Assembly: GCA_018716965.1 (NCBI GenBank)
Contig: DVJF01000020.1
Location: 5,051 to 69,050, forward strand
Direction: 5' to 3'
Length of the DNA: 64,000 nucleotides
Source: Candidatus Caccenecus avistercoris
Lineage (GTDB): Bacteria; Bacillota_I; Bacilli_A; RF39; UBA660
The position numbers and the translations under genes are program-made. The notes under the pieces are model-generated. The model was given only the letters and a program-made list of their open reading frames with translations. It had not been told where the DNA came from and ran no database searches. Positions 28,249-37,966 of the stretch are shown one piece after another. How positions within the stretch are numbered: the first letter of the stretch is position 1; the number at the start of each line of letters is the position of its first letter.

Positions 28249-29330
28249 AAAATATTATCTTTTTTAGCAAAAATTTAAAAATAGGTGGCATGGAAAAATC
28301 TTTAGTAAGCTTATTAAATGAACTTAATGCTTACTACAAAGTAACTTTGGTTTTAGAAAAAAAAGAAGGTGCACTATTAAATGAATTATCACCAAATATT
28401 AAAGTCACAGAATATCAATTATCAACTAGCCAAAATGTTGTGTTTCGAAAAATTACTAATTTTACAAAAAGAATAATTTGGACCTTAAAAAACAGGAATA
28501 AATATGATTTTTCGTGTAATTATGCCACTTATTCAATTATAGGTTCTAAATTAGCAATTATAAGTTCAAAAAACAGTGCTTTCTACATTCATAGCAATTA
28601 TTATGAAATGTATCATGGCATAAAAAAAGACATTTATAATTTTTTTGAAAAACACGATCTAGATAAATTTAACAAAATTATATTTGTGTCAAATGAAAGC
28701 AAAGAAGGATTAGAAAAAGTATATCCTAAACTACAAAGCAAGTTTATTGTTATTAACAATTTAATAGATTACAAAAATATCCAAAAGAAAGCAAAAGAAC
28801 CAACAAAATTAAATTTTTCTAAAAAAGATACTAGCTTAGTTTTTATTGGTCGGTTAGACAATGACTCAAAAAATATAGAATTATTATTAGAAAGTTTTAA
28901 ACTAGTAATATCAAAAAGTAAAAACTACAAATTATGGATCATTGGCGATGGCCCATATAAGCAAAGTATAAAAAACTTTATAAAAGAAAAAAAGCTAGAA
29001 GATAACATTAATCTAATTACTGAAACTTTAAATCCTTATATCTATTTATCACAAGCTGATGCTTTAATATTAACATCAAATTATGAAGGATTCCCAGTGG
29101 TTTATTTAGAAGCACTAGTCTTAAACAAAAGAATTATTACAACTATTGCATGCAGTGACGAAACGATTGATATGAAAAATTATATCACTTTAGTAAAAAA
29201 GAATGCTCATGATATTGCCAAAAATATCTTGGAGTTATCTAAAGAATTAATAAATTACAATTTGAATTTTCAAGAAATTAATAATATAAAAATAGAAAAG
29301 CTAAGAGAAATTATTGAGAGGTGTAAATAA
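28245..29330 (+). CDS. glycosyltransferase family 4
   Basis: N-terminal GGMEKSLVSLLNEL and C-terminal EGFPVVYLEALVLNKRIIT (the E-x7-E region). Confidence 0.75.
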   Translation: MKNIIFFSKNLKIGGMEKSLVSLLNELNAYYKVTLVLEKKEGALLNELSPNIKVTEYQLSTSQNVVFRKITNFTKRIIWTLKNRNKYDFSCNYATYSIIGSKLAIISSKNSAFYIHSNYYEMYHGIKKDIYNFFEKHDLDKFNKIIFVSNESKEGLEKVYPKLQSKFIVINNLIDYKNIQKKAKEPTKLNFSKKDTSLVFIGRLDNDSKNIELLLESFKLVISKSKNYKLWIIGDGPYKQSIKNFIKEKKLEDNINLITETLNPYIYLSQADALILTSNYEGFPVVYLEALVLNKRIITTIACSDETIDMKNYITLVKKNAHDIAKNILELSKELINYNLNFQEINNIKIEKLREIIERCK

Positions 29331-31129
29331 TGGAAAAAATAATTCATTATTGCTGGTTTGGGGGGAAGCCACTACCGAAATTAGCAAAAAAATGTATAAA
29401 AAGTTGGAAAAAGTTTTTACCAGACTTCGAAATTAGAGAATGGAATGAAACAAATTTTGATATAAATATTACTAAATTTTCAAAACAAGCATATGACGCT
29501 AAAAAATGGGCATTTGTTAGTGATGTGGCAAGAATATATGCTTTAAAAAACTATGGTGGTATTTATTTTGACACAGATATGATAATAACAAAAAATATAG
29601 ATGAAGTACTTACTCATGAAGTAGTAGCGGGTTGGGAATCTGAGTATAATGTTGCAGTAGGCGTTTTAACAGCAAAATCGAAAAACAATGAATTGATTAA
29701 TAAATTATGGGATTTTTATTGTGAAAATGATTTTTCTGAAGAAAACGTATACTCATTATCTATTCCTACAATTTTAACTAATTTATTAAAAAGGGAATAT
29801 AACCTTAAATCTAAACATTTAGAATGCCAAACTTTAAGAAATGATATAAAAATATATGCGAGAGATTATTTTTATCCTATAAGCTGTGACAAAAGCCCTA
29901 ATATGTTTACAAATAATACTTGTATGATTCACTACTATATCGGAAGTTGGATTCCCCAAAATGAACAGAAAAGACTGAAATTCCAAATGATATTTGGTAA
30001 AAAGCTTGGTAACTTTATTCTAAATGTTTTAGTTAAAGGGAAACGCATATTAAAAAAAATAGCTAAAGTAATTTTATATCCTTACATTAAATATCGACGT
30101 AAAAAGAATGAAGAATTATTATATAGTAAAGCAAAAGAAGAATTTATGCATAACTTGGAACAATTAAATAATCCAAAATATGTAGTATTTTACAATAAAA
30201 ATTGGTTAGGTACTCAAAATGCCACCAAAGAATTATTTGAAAATACTATAGGAATAGAAGAACTTAATAATGAAATGTTGATTAAAGATATAGCAGAAGA
30301 AATTATATCAAGAAAAATTAATTTAGTGATTTTTAGTGCATTTTCTTATGGTTGGGATAAACTCATTAAAGTCTTAAAAGAAAAGAAATCAGAAATCAAA
30401 ATAAAAATTATTTGGCATGGAAGTCATGCAATGAATGTAGAATACTACGATTGGGAAATGTTTGAAACAATTTTTAAACTTCTTGATAATGAACTAATTA
30501 ATAGTATTGGATTTGTTAAAAAAAGTATGTATGAATTTTATAAGTTAAAAGGTTATAATGTTGAATTAATATTAAATACAGTGCATTTGCCTAATATAAG
30601 TATTTCTACAAAGAAGAACAATACCACATTAAATATCGGACTTTATGCTTCAGGAGATAGGTGGGTAAAAAATTTTTATAATCAATTAGGAGCAGCGAGT
30701 CTTTTTGAAAATAGTAATATTGATTGTATTCCGATTAATGAAAAAACATTAAAAACTGCAAAAATATTTAAAACAGCAATATCAGGATTAAGCACTCCTA
30801 TATCAAGGGAAAAATTGTTAGAAAGAATGGCCAAAAATGATATCAATTTTTATGTAACATTTTCTGAATGTGCGCCTTTAATACCATTAGAAAGCTTAGA
30901 ATTAGGGGTGCCATGTATTACAGCGCATAATCATCATTATTGGGAAGGCACAGAATTAGAAAAATATTTGATTGTAAATGAAAATGATGATATTATTAAA
31001 ATATATAATCAAGCTAAATATTGTTTAGAAAACAAAGAAAAAATATTAAATTTATATAAAAAATGGAAAAAGGAATATGATAAAGAATCAAAAAAAAGCG
31101 TAGAAAGGTTTTTAGAAAATAATTTATAA
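29330..31129 (+). CDS. two-domain glycosyltransferase (N-terminal GT32 / Gly_transf_sug DXD domain + C-terminal extension)
   Basis: IHYCWFGGKPLP...SDVARIYALKNYGGIYFDTDM is the capsular-synthesis/GT32 signature. Confidence 0.7.
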   Translation: MEKIIHYCWFGGKPLPKLAKKCIKSWKKFLPDFEIREWNETNFDINITKFSKQAYDAKKWAFVSDVARIYALKNYGGIYFDTDMIITKNIDEVLTHEVVAGWESEYNVAVGVLTAKSKNNELINKLWDFYCENDFSEENVYSLSIPTILTNLLKREYNLKSKHLECQTLRNDIKIYARDYFYPISCDKSPNMFTNNTCMIHYYIGSWIPQNEQKRLKFQMIFGKKLGNFILNVLVKGKRILKKIAKVILYPYIKYRRKKNEELLYSKAKEEFMHNLEQLNNPKYVVFYNKNWLGTQNATKELFENTIGIEELNNEMLIKDIAEEIISRKINLVIFSAFSYGWDKLIKVLKEKKSEIKIKIIWHGSHAMNVEYYDWEMFETIFKLLDNELINSIGFVKKSMYEFYKLKGYNVELILNTVHLPNISISTKKNNTTLNIGLYASGDRWVKNFYNQLGAASLFENSNIDCIPINEKTLKTAKIFKTAISGLSTPISREKLLERMAKNDINFYVTFSECAPLIPLESLELGVPCITAHNHHYWEGTELEKYLIVNENDDIIKIYNQAKYCLENKEKILNLYKKWKKEYDKESKKSVERFLENNL

Positions 31130-31160
31130 AATTAGTTCTGAATCGAATGGAGGTATGATT

Positions 31161-32051
31161 ATGAAAGGAATAATTTTAGCTGGAGGGAAAGGAACTAGAC
31201 TATATCCTAGTACGTTGGCAATATCAAAGCAATTGCTACCTATATATGATAAGCCTATGATTTACTATCCGTTATCTATTTTAATGTTAGCCGATATAAG
31301 AGAAATTTTAATAATTTCAACACCTGAAGATATTGAGCAATACAAAAGGCTATTAGGAGATGGTAGTCAGTATGGATTAAAACTAGAATATGAAATTCAA
31401 GAGAAGCCAAGAGGATTAGCAGAGGCTTTCATAATTGGTGAGAATTTTATTGGAGAAGACAACGTTTGTTTAATATTAGGAGATAATGTTTTTTACGGAG
31501 GAGGAATTACTCTAGCTTTGGAAGAAGCATCAAAAATACAAGAAGGAGCAATGATATTTGGATACTATGTAGAAAATCCGAGGGCATTTGGTGTAGCAGA
31601 AATTAATAAAAATGGGGACGTAATCTCTCTAGAAGAAAAACCACAAAACCCTAAATCAAACTATGCTGTCCCAGGACTTTATTTTTATGATAATTCTGTT
31701 GTAAGTATAGCAAAAAGTGTTGAACCATCAGCTAGAAATGAACTTGAAATAACAGCTGTTAATAATGAATATTTAAAAAAGAATAAGCTAAAACTAATTG
31801 CTTTAGGTAGAGGATTAACTTGGCTTGATACAGGAACAGTAGAAAATTTAAATAAAGCTTCACAATTTGTAGGTGCAATCCAATCTCAACATGGCAGATA
31901 CGTCGCATGCTTAGAAGAAATAGCTTATAATAAGGGCTATATCACTTTAGAACAACTGCAAGAACGTGGCGAGCTATTAAAAGCTTCAGATTATGGGCAA
32001 TACATTTTAAATCTTTATGAAAAAGAAAGCGAAAGGAGAAATGTAAGATGA
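31161..32051 (+). CDS. rfbA: glucose-1-phosphate thymidylyltransferase
   Basis: MKGIILAGGKGTRLYP is the canonical RfbA/RmlA N-terminus. GGAGG is 7 nt upstream of the ATG at 31161. Confidence 0.9.
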   Translation: MKGIILAGGKGTRLYPSTLAISKQLLPIYDKPMIYYPLSILMLADIREILIISTPEDIEQYKRLLGDGSQYGLKLEYEIQEKPRGLAEAFIIGENFIGEDNVCLILGDNVFYGGGITLALEEASKIQEGAMIFGYYVENPRAFGVAEINKNGDVISLEEKPQNPKSNYAVPGLYFYDNSVVSIAKSVEPSARNELEITAVNNEYLKKNKLKLIALGRGLTWLDTGTVENLNKASQFVGAIQSQHGRYVACLEEIAYNKGYITLEQLQERGELLKASDYGQYILNLYEKESERRNVR

Positions 32052-33085
32052 AATTTGTTATTACTGGTGGTGCAGGATTTATTGGAAGTAACTATTTACA
32101 CTATGTAGTGAATAAATATCCTGATGATGAATTTATTTGCATCGATGCTTTAACATATGCAGGAAATTATAATAATATTAAAGATTTATCATCTATGAGT
32201 AATTTTAAATTTATAAAAGCAAATATTTGTGACCGTGAAAAAATTATTGATATTTTTAAACAAGAAAAACCAGATTATATAATAAATTTTGCAGCGGAAT
32301 CTCACGTAGACAATTCTATAAAAAATCCGAATTTATTTGTTGAAACAAATATTATTGGAACAATGAACCTTATGAATGCAGCAAGAATTATTCAAGATGA
32401 AGGAATTCACAAAATTAAAAGATTTCATCAAGTTTCTACTGATGAGGTTTATGGTGACTTGCCATTAGATAGACCTGACTTGTTATTTACAGAAAATACA
32501 CCAATACATACCTCAAGCCCTTATTCAGCATCAAAAGCAGGAGCAGATCTACAAGTTTTGGCTTACGCTAGAACTTATAAACTCCCAGTGACTATATCAA
32601 GATGCTCTAACAATTATGGCCCATATCAATTCCCAGAAAAATTAATCCCAGTAGTAATAAGTAAGGCCCTAAAAGATGAACCTATACCTGTATATGGTAC
32701 TGGAGAAAATATTAGAGATTGGATCCATGTATATGATCATAACGTTGGAATTGACTTAATAGTTCGGAATGGTAAAGAAGGAAACATCTATAACTTAGGT
32801 GGACATTCAGAAAAAACAAATTTAGAGCTTGTGAAAATCATTTTAAAAGAATTAAATAAACCTGAATCGTTAATAACATTTGTAACTGATAGGCCTGGAC
32901 ATGATTTAAGATACGCTATAGATTCTACAAAAGTAGAAAAAGAATTAGGATGGACTCGTACATACTCTTTTGAAGAAGGAATAAAATCAACTATTGAATG
33001 GTATGTACAAAATCAAGAATGGATTGATGATATAAAAAGTGGTAAATATAAATACAGTTATGAGGATAACAATGAAAAAGAGTAA
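32048..33085 (+). CDS. rfbB: dTDP-glucose 4,6-dehydratase
   Basis: GGAGFIGSN Rossmann motif, the YSASKA catalytic YxxxK motif, and the DEVYG motif. Confidence 0.9.
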   Translation: MKFVITGGAGFIGSNYLHYVVNKYPDDEFICIDALTYAGNYNNIKDLSSMSNFKFIKANICDREKIIDIFKQEKPDYIINFAAESHVDNSIKNPNLFVETNIIGTMNLMNAARIIQDEGIHKIKRFHQVSTDEVYGDLPLDRPDLLFTENTPIHTSSPYSASKAGADLQVLAYARTYKLPVTISRCSNNYGPYQFPEKLIPVVISKALKDEPIPVYGTGENIRDWIHVYDHNVGIDLIVRNGKEGNIYNLGGHSEKTNLELVKIILKELNKPESLITFVTDRPGHDLRYAIDSTKVEKELGWTRTYSFEEGIKSTIEWYVQNQEWIDDIKSGKYKYSYEDNNEKE

Positions 33086-34070
33086 TATTGTTGTAATTGG
33101 TGCATCTGGAAATATTGGAATGTATTATCTAGACTATTTATTAAATAATTTAGACCAAGAAAAATATAATATAATTGCTACAGGGACAAAAAAAGAATAT
33201 CCCTATACTTTTTACAACGGAAAATATGTTCAACTAGATATCTGTAACACAGATGAATTTAACAAACTACCACAAGAGAACGTTAAGGCAGTTATAGATT
33301 TTGCCGGAGTGTTACCGGCTTATAACGAAGAGAACACAGATTTATATATTGATGTAAATGTTAAAGGAACAGCACATGTTTTAGAATATTGCAAAAAAGT
33401 ATCAGCCGAAAGAATTATTTATACTCATACATGGGCCGACTTAAATGGATATCTTTCTTTAGATAAACCCTTAAAGCCAGATTGGGCTTACAAACCAATA
33501 AGAGAGGGAGATCATGCAATATATTGTAGTACAAAAATATGCGCTGTAGAATTAATAAAGGATTATTATGCTAAATATGGTTTGAAATATTCGATTTTTC
33601 GATTACCTAATATTTATATGTATAGTCCAGAGAAATATTATTTAGTAAATGGTAAAAAAACACTAATTTCATATCGTTATTTAATTGAGAAAGCTGAAAA
33701 TGGAGAAGATTTAGAGTTATGGGGTGACCCAACTAGAGGAAAAGATATTATTTATGTAAAAGATCTATGTCAAATGATTTTTAAAGCAATGTTTGTTGAT
33801 AGTAAAATTGGGATTTACAATGCTGGAACAGGTATCAAAACAACCATGAAAGAACAAATAGAAGGGATTATAAAAGTATTTGGCAACCCTCAAAAAAAAT
33901 CAAAAATTATTTATTGTCCAGAAAAAAGAAATTGCGATAATTTTGTCATGGATATTGAAAATATAAAAAGTGATTTAGGTTTTAAACCAAATTATGATTA
34001 TATTTCTTATTTGCAAGACTACAAAAAGGAAAAACAACTTAATAGATTTATAAAAAAGAAAAGGGATTAA
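33072..34070 (+). CDS. NAD-dependent epimerase/dehydratase family protein
   Basis: VIGASGNIG Rossmann motif and YCSTK (YxxxK). Confidence 0.7.
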   Translation: MKKSNIVVIGASGNIGMYYLDYLLNNLDQEKYNIIATGTKKEYPYTFYNGKYVQLDICNTDEFNKLPQENVKAVIDFAGVLPAYNEENTDLYIDVNVKGTAHVLEYCKKVSAERIIYTHTWADLNGYLSLDKPLKPDWAYKPIREGDHAIYCSTKICAVELIKDYYAKYGLKYSIFRLPNIYMYSPEKYYLVNGKKTLISYRYLIEKAENGEDLELWGDPTRGKDIIYVKDLCQMIFKAMFVDSKIGIYNAGTGIKTTMKEQIEGIIKVFGNPQKKSKIIYCPEKRNCDNFVMDIENIKSDLGFKPNYDYISYLQDYKKEKQLNRFIKKKRD

Positions 34071-35225
34071 ATGATGAAAAAAATAGTTATTATTGGTGCC
34101 AACGAATTTCAAAATCCCCTCATATTAAGAGCAAAAGAATTAGGCTATGAGACCCATGTCTTTGCTTGGGAATGTGGCGATGAAGGAGAAAAAAGTGCTG
34201 ATTACTTTTATCCGATAAGCATAACAGAAAAAGAATTAATATTAGATAAATGTAAAAAGATAAAACCTGATGCAGTCACTTCCATAGGCTCTGATTTAGC
34301 AGTGTCAACAGTAACATATTTAGCAAAACAATTAAATTTGCCTGGCAATGATGAGAAATACTCACTTATATGTACGAACAAATATGAAATGAGAAAAGCA
34401 CTAAATGAAGCTGGCATAAAGGTCCCAGAATTTCAAAAAGTCAATTCATTGAAATCTATAAAAAAGTTAAATTTTCCGAAAATTGTGAAACCGACTGATC
34501 GTTCAGGAAGTAGAGCTATTAACTTGGTGAATAATGAAGAGGAACTGAAAAAAGCGATAAAAAATGCTATTGAAAGCTCTTTTGAAAAATGCGCAATAGT
34601 AGAGGATGTTATCAGTGGGGAAAGAGAATACAGTTGTGAAACTATATCATATCAAGGAAATCACATAATTTTGGCAGTAACTAAAAAGTATACTACTGGC
34701 TTTCCAAGTTGTATAGAAATTGGACATATTGAACCAAGTGATTTATCTGATCAAGAGCAAAAATTATTATCAGAGATTTTGCCTAAAGCTTTAGATGCTT
34801 TACATATTAAAAATGGTGCTGCCCATACAGAATTTATAATTGATGACAAAGGGGAAATAAACATAGTTGAAATAGGTGCTAGAATGGGTGGAGATTGCAT
34901 AGGTTCTCATTTGGTAAGATTATCAACAGGTTATGACTATTTAAAAATGGTTATAGAAGTTGCTTTAGGAGAAAAACCTACCTTAAGCCGAATGAATCAT
35001 TATAAATATGCCTTTATTAAGTTTATTTTTAATGAAGCAGATTTAAAAAAAATAAAAACAATTGCTAAGACCTGGCCAAATCTGATAAAATATAAAAGTG
35101 AAATAAAACCATTTAATCACAAAGTTACAGACAGTTCCAGCAGATTTGGTTATTATATATTTGCAACAAATGATATAGCTTTAAAAGAAAAAATAATTAA
35201 TAAGGTGAAATTATATGAAAACTAA
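34071..35225 (+). CDS. ATP-grasp domain protein
   Basis: Pre-ATP-grasp / ATP-grasp pattern (KIVKPTDRSGSRAINLV..., EFIIDDKGEINIVEIGARMGGD). Confidence 0.7.
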   Translation: MMKKIVIIGANEFQNPLILRAKELGYETHVFAWECGDEGEKSADYFYPISITEKELILDKCKKIKPDAVTSIGSDLAVSTVTYLAKQLNLPGNDEKYSLICTNKYEMRKALNEAGIKVPEFQKVNSLKSIKKLNFPKIVKPTDRSGSRAINLVNNEEELKKAIKNAIESSFEKCAIVEDVISGEREYSCETISYQGNHIILAVTKKYTTGFPSCIEIGHIEPSDLSDQEQKLLSEILPKALDALHIKNGAAHTEFIIDDKGEINIVEIGARMGGDCIGSHLVRLSTGYDYLKMVIEVALGEKPTLSRMNHYKYAFIKFIFNEADLKKIKTIAKTWPNLIKYKSEIKPFNHKVTDSSSRFGYYIFATNDIALKEKIINKVKLYEN

Positions 35226-36171
35226 AGAATTTTCTATAGTAGTTCCAGTTTATGGATGTAAAGCTGCACTTGAAGAACTATATGATAGAATAAAAAAAGT
35301 TATGGATAAAATATCCAAAAGTTATGAAATAATTTTAGTGGATGATCATTGTCCACAAAATTCTCTTGAGGTAATAAAGAAATTATGCGAAAAAGATAAA
35401 TCCGTCATTGGGATTGAAATGTCTAAAAATTTTGGACAAATGAAAGCAATTTTGGCTGGTCTAGATATATGTCAGGGAGAATTTGTAGTTGTGATGGATT
35501 GCGATTTACAAGACAGACCGGAAGAAATTCCTAGATTGTTCCAGAAATTAAATGAAGGATACGATGTGGTATTTGCTAAGAGACACCAAAGAAATGATAA
35601 AAAGAGTAAAATAAAAGTATCAAAATTATTTTATAAGTTGTATACAATAGCTACAGGCCAAGAATATGATCCTGATTTATGTAACTTTAGTATTTGTCGA
35701 AAGAAAGTAATTAAAAATTATTGTAAAATAAGAGAAGAACATCGAGCTTTTGTTATGTACATAAAATGGATGGGATTCAAGCAAACATGTATAAATGTTA
35801 AACATGATAAGCGAAAAGAAGGTAAATCGTCTTATAATTTTAAACGCCGTTTGAAATTAGCAACGGACATTCTATTCTCTCAATCAGATGAATTATTAAA
35901 ATTTATTATGGGCATAGGTTTGTTGATATCAATTATATCATTTTTAGTTATAATTTTAATAATTGTTTTATATTTTACTATCAACTTAAGTATAGGATGG
36001 CCAAGTTTGATTGTAACCATTTGTTTGATGGGTGGACTAAATCTTTTCGCAATAGGAATAGTAGGTCTTTATGTTGGTAATATTTTTGTACAAGTAAAAA
36101 ACAGACCATTATATTTTGTAAGAAATTATTTTAATTATAAAAAGGAGAGAGAAAATGAAAATACCATTTAA
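35215..36171 (+). CDS. polyprenyl-phosphate glycosyltransferase, GT2 (ArnC/GtrB family) with C-terminal TM helices
   Basis: IVVPVYGC...LVDDHC...DCDLQDRPEEIPRLFQKLNEGYDVVFAKR closely parallels the ArnC motif DADLQNPPEEIPRLV...EGYDVV. Two C-terminal TM segments. Confidence 0.8.
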   Translation: MKTKEFSIVVPVYGCKAALEELYDRIKKVMDKISKSYEIILVDDHCPQNSLEVIKKLCEKDKSVIGIEMSKNFGQMKAILAGLDICQGEFVVVMDCDLQDRPEEIPRLFQKLNEGYDVVFAKRHQRNDKKSKIKVSKLFYKLYTIATGQEYDPDLCNFSICRKKVIKNYCKIREEHRAFVMYIKWMGFKQTCINVKHDKRKEGKSSYNFKRRLKLATDILFSQSDELLKFIMGIGLLISIISFLVIILIIVLYFTINLSIGWPSLIVTICLMGGLNLFAIGIVGLYVGNIFVQVKNRPLYFVRNYFNYKKERENENTI

Positions 36172-37303
36172 TAAGGCTTCAATAACAGAAAAAGAAAAAA
36201 AATATGTAATAGACTGCTTAAATAGTGGCAGAATTTGTGGAGATAACAAATATACTAAATTAGTGGAACAAAAATTTAAAGAACTATTTAATACAGATAT
36301 ATTATTAATCACTTCTTGTTCCCATGCTCTAGATATGACAGCAATTCTAGCAAATTTAAAACAAGATGATGAAGTAATATTACCATCCTATACTTTTGTA
36401 TCAACTGCAAATTGCATTGTTTCAAGAGGTGCAAAGCCAATTTTTGTAGATATAGATCCTAAAACCCTAAATATCGATCCAGAAAAAATAGAAGAAAAAG
36501 TAACTTCTAAAACAAAGGCAATTTATGTAGTACACTATGCAGGTGTAGCATGTGATATGGATAGAATAATGGAAATAGCACACAAATATCATTTGAAAGT
36601 AATTGAAGATGCTGCTCAAGCGATAGATTCATACTACAAAGGAACTCTATTAGGTACTATAGGCGATTATGGAACTCATAGCTTTCATGAAACAAAAAAT
36701 ATAGTCATGGGAGAAGGCGGTTCTTTATTAGTGAAAAATAAAGATGAATTTGCCATCGCTGAAATGATTAGAGAGAAAGGAACAAACAGAAAACAATATT
36801 TTAAAGGATTTGTTGATAAATATTCCTGGCAGATGCCTGGAAGTTCATATTTGCCATCCGATGTTCTAGCAGCTATTTTATATGGGCAATTAGAACGTTT
36901 AAATGAAATTCAAACTAAAAGAAAACATATTTGGAATACATATAATAAATTGTTAAAAGAATATGAAAAACAGAATTTGCTAAAATGTCCTTATATTCCA
37001 GAATATGCAACAAACAATGCACATATGTACTATATTATTTTGCCATCAGAAGAAAAAAAAGACGAATTCATTAATTTTATGAAAAGCAATGAAATAGAAA
37101 CGCCATTTCATTATATCCCTTTACACTTATCTAAAATGGGAGAAAAGTTGGGATATAAACCTGGAGATTTACCTATAACAGAAGATTATTCGAAAAGATT
37201 AGTAAGATTACCACTTTACGCCGATATGACGAAAGATGAGCTAAATTATATAATATTGAAATTAAAAGAATTTTTTGAAAGAGAAATAAAACATGAAGAC
37301 TAA
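36155..37303 (+). CDS. wecE: dTDP-4-amino-4,6-dideoxyhexose aminotransferase (WecE/ArnB, DegT family)
   Basis: VHYAGVACDMDRIMEIA, VIEDAAQAIDSYYKG, HSFHETKN (PLP lysine), IREKGTNRKQYFKGFVDKYSWQMPGSSYLPSD. Nearly motif-for-motif with E. coli WecE. Confidence 0.85.
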   Translation: MKIPFNKASITEKEKKYVIDCLNSGRICGDNKYTKLVEQKFKELFNTDILLITSCSHALDMTAILANLKQDDEVILPSYTFVSTANCIVSRGAKPIFVDIDPKTLNIDPEKIEEKVTSKTKAIYVVHYAGVACDMDRIMEIAHKYHLKVIEDAAQAIDSYYKGTLLGTIGDYGTHSFHETKNIVMGEGGSLLVKNKDEFAIAEMIREKGTNRKQYFKGFVDKYSWQMPGSSYLPSDVLAAILYGQLERLNEIQTKRKHIWNTYNKLLKEYEKQNLLKCPYIPEYATNNAHMYYIILPSEEKKDEFINFMKSNEIETPFHYIPLHLSKMGEKLGYKPGDLPITEDYSKRLVRLPLYADMTKDELNYIILKLKEFFEREIKHED

Positions 37304-37634
37304 AAGTATTATTATTGCTTTTTTTCTATATTTCATTATGTCGTTATCGAGTGTATTTATGAAATATGCCTCTATGCAAGAAGCCATTATGCAAAAAGGA
37401 ATATTCTATATAATATCCATTCTAACTTTAGGCTTATTTGCCATTCTTTGGCAAAAGCTACTGGTTAAAAATCAACTAAATAAGGTATATGTCTTTAAAT
37501 CAACAACTATCATATGGGGAATGATTTTCGGATATATCCTTTTTAAAGAACAAATTAACATTCAAATGATTATTGGTGCTTTTTTAGCTTTAATGGGTGT
37601 AATTATAATAATTAAGGGTGGTAATTATGAATAA
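37293..37634 (+). CDS. small DMT/EamA-like membrane protein (ArnE/ArnF-like flippase subunit)
   Basis: 113 aa with 4 TM segments. Paired with a second similar gene. Confidence 0.6.
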   Translation: MKTKSIIIAFFLYFIMSLSSVFMKYASMQEAIMQKGIFYIISILTLGLFAILWQKLLVKNQLNKVYVFKSTTIIWGMIFGYILFKEQINIQMIIGAFLALMGVIIIIKGGNYE

Positions 37635-37953
37635 TTATGGTTATATGTTTCTCTTTATACTTTCGATTGCTGTAGCCTCATATAGTCAGATATTGCTTAA
37701 ATTAGGTGCTGGAAAAAAACAAATTTATTTAAACGGTTATACAATAATTGGATATATTTTAATGGTCTTGTCAACTTTAATGACATTATTAGCTTACCAA
37801 AAAATATCTTTATCTTTAGGCCAAGTTTTACAAGCACTAAGTTTTGTATTTGTTAGTATATTAAGTTATATATTTTTGAAAGAAAAAATTGAAAAAAGAA
37901 CAATAATAGGAATTGTAATTATTTTATTAGGAGTCTTAATTTTTAATGTGTAG
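37627..37953 (+). CDS. small DMT/EamA-like membrane protein (ArnE/ArnF-like flippase subunit)
   Basis: About 108 aa with 4 TM segments. YSQILLKLGA motif. RBS AAGGGTGG; overlaps the previous gene. Confidence 0.6.
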   Translation: MNNYGYMFLFILSIAVASYSQILLKLGAGKKQIYLNGYTIIGYILMVLSTLMTLLAYQKISLSLGQVLQALSFVFVSILSYIFLKEKIEKRTIIGIVIILLGVLIFNV

Positions 37954-37966
37954 TAAGGAGAAAAAT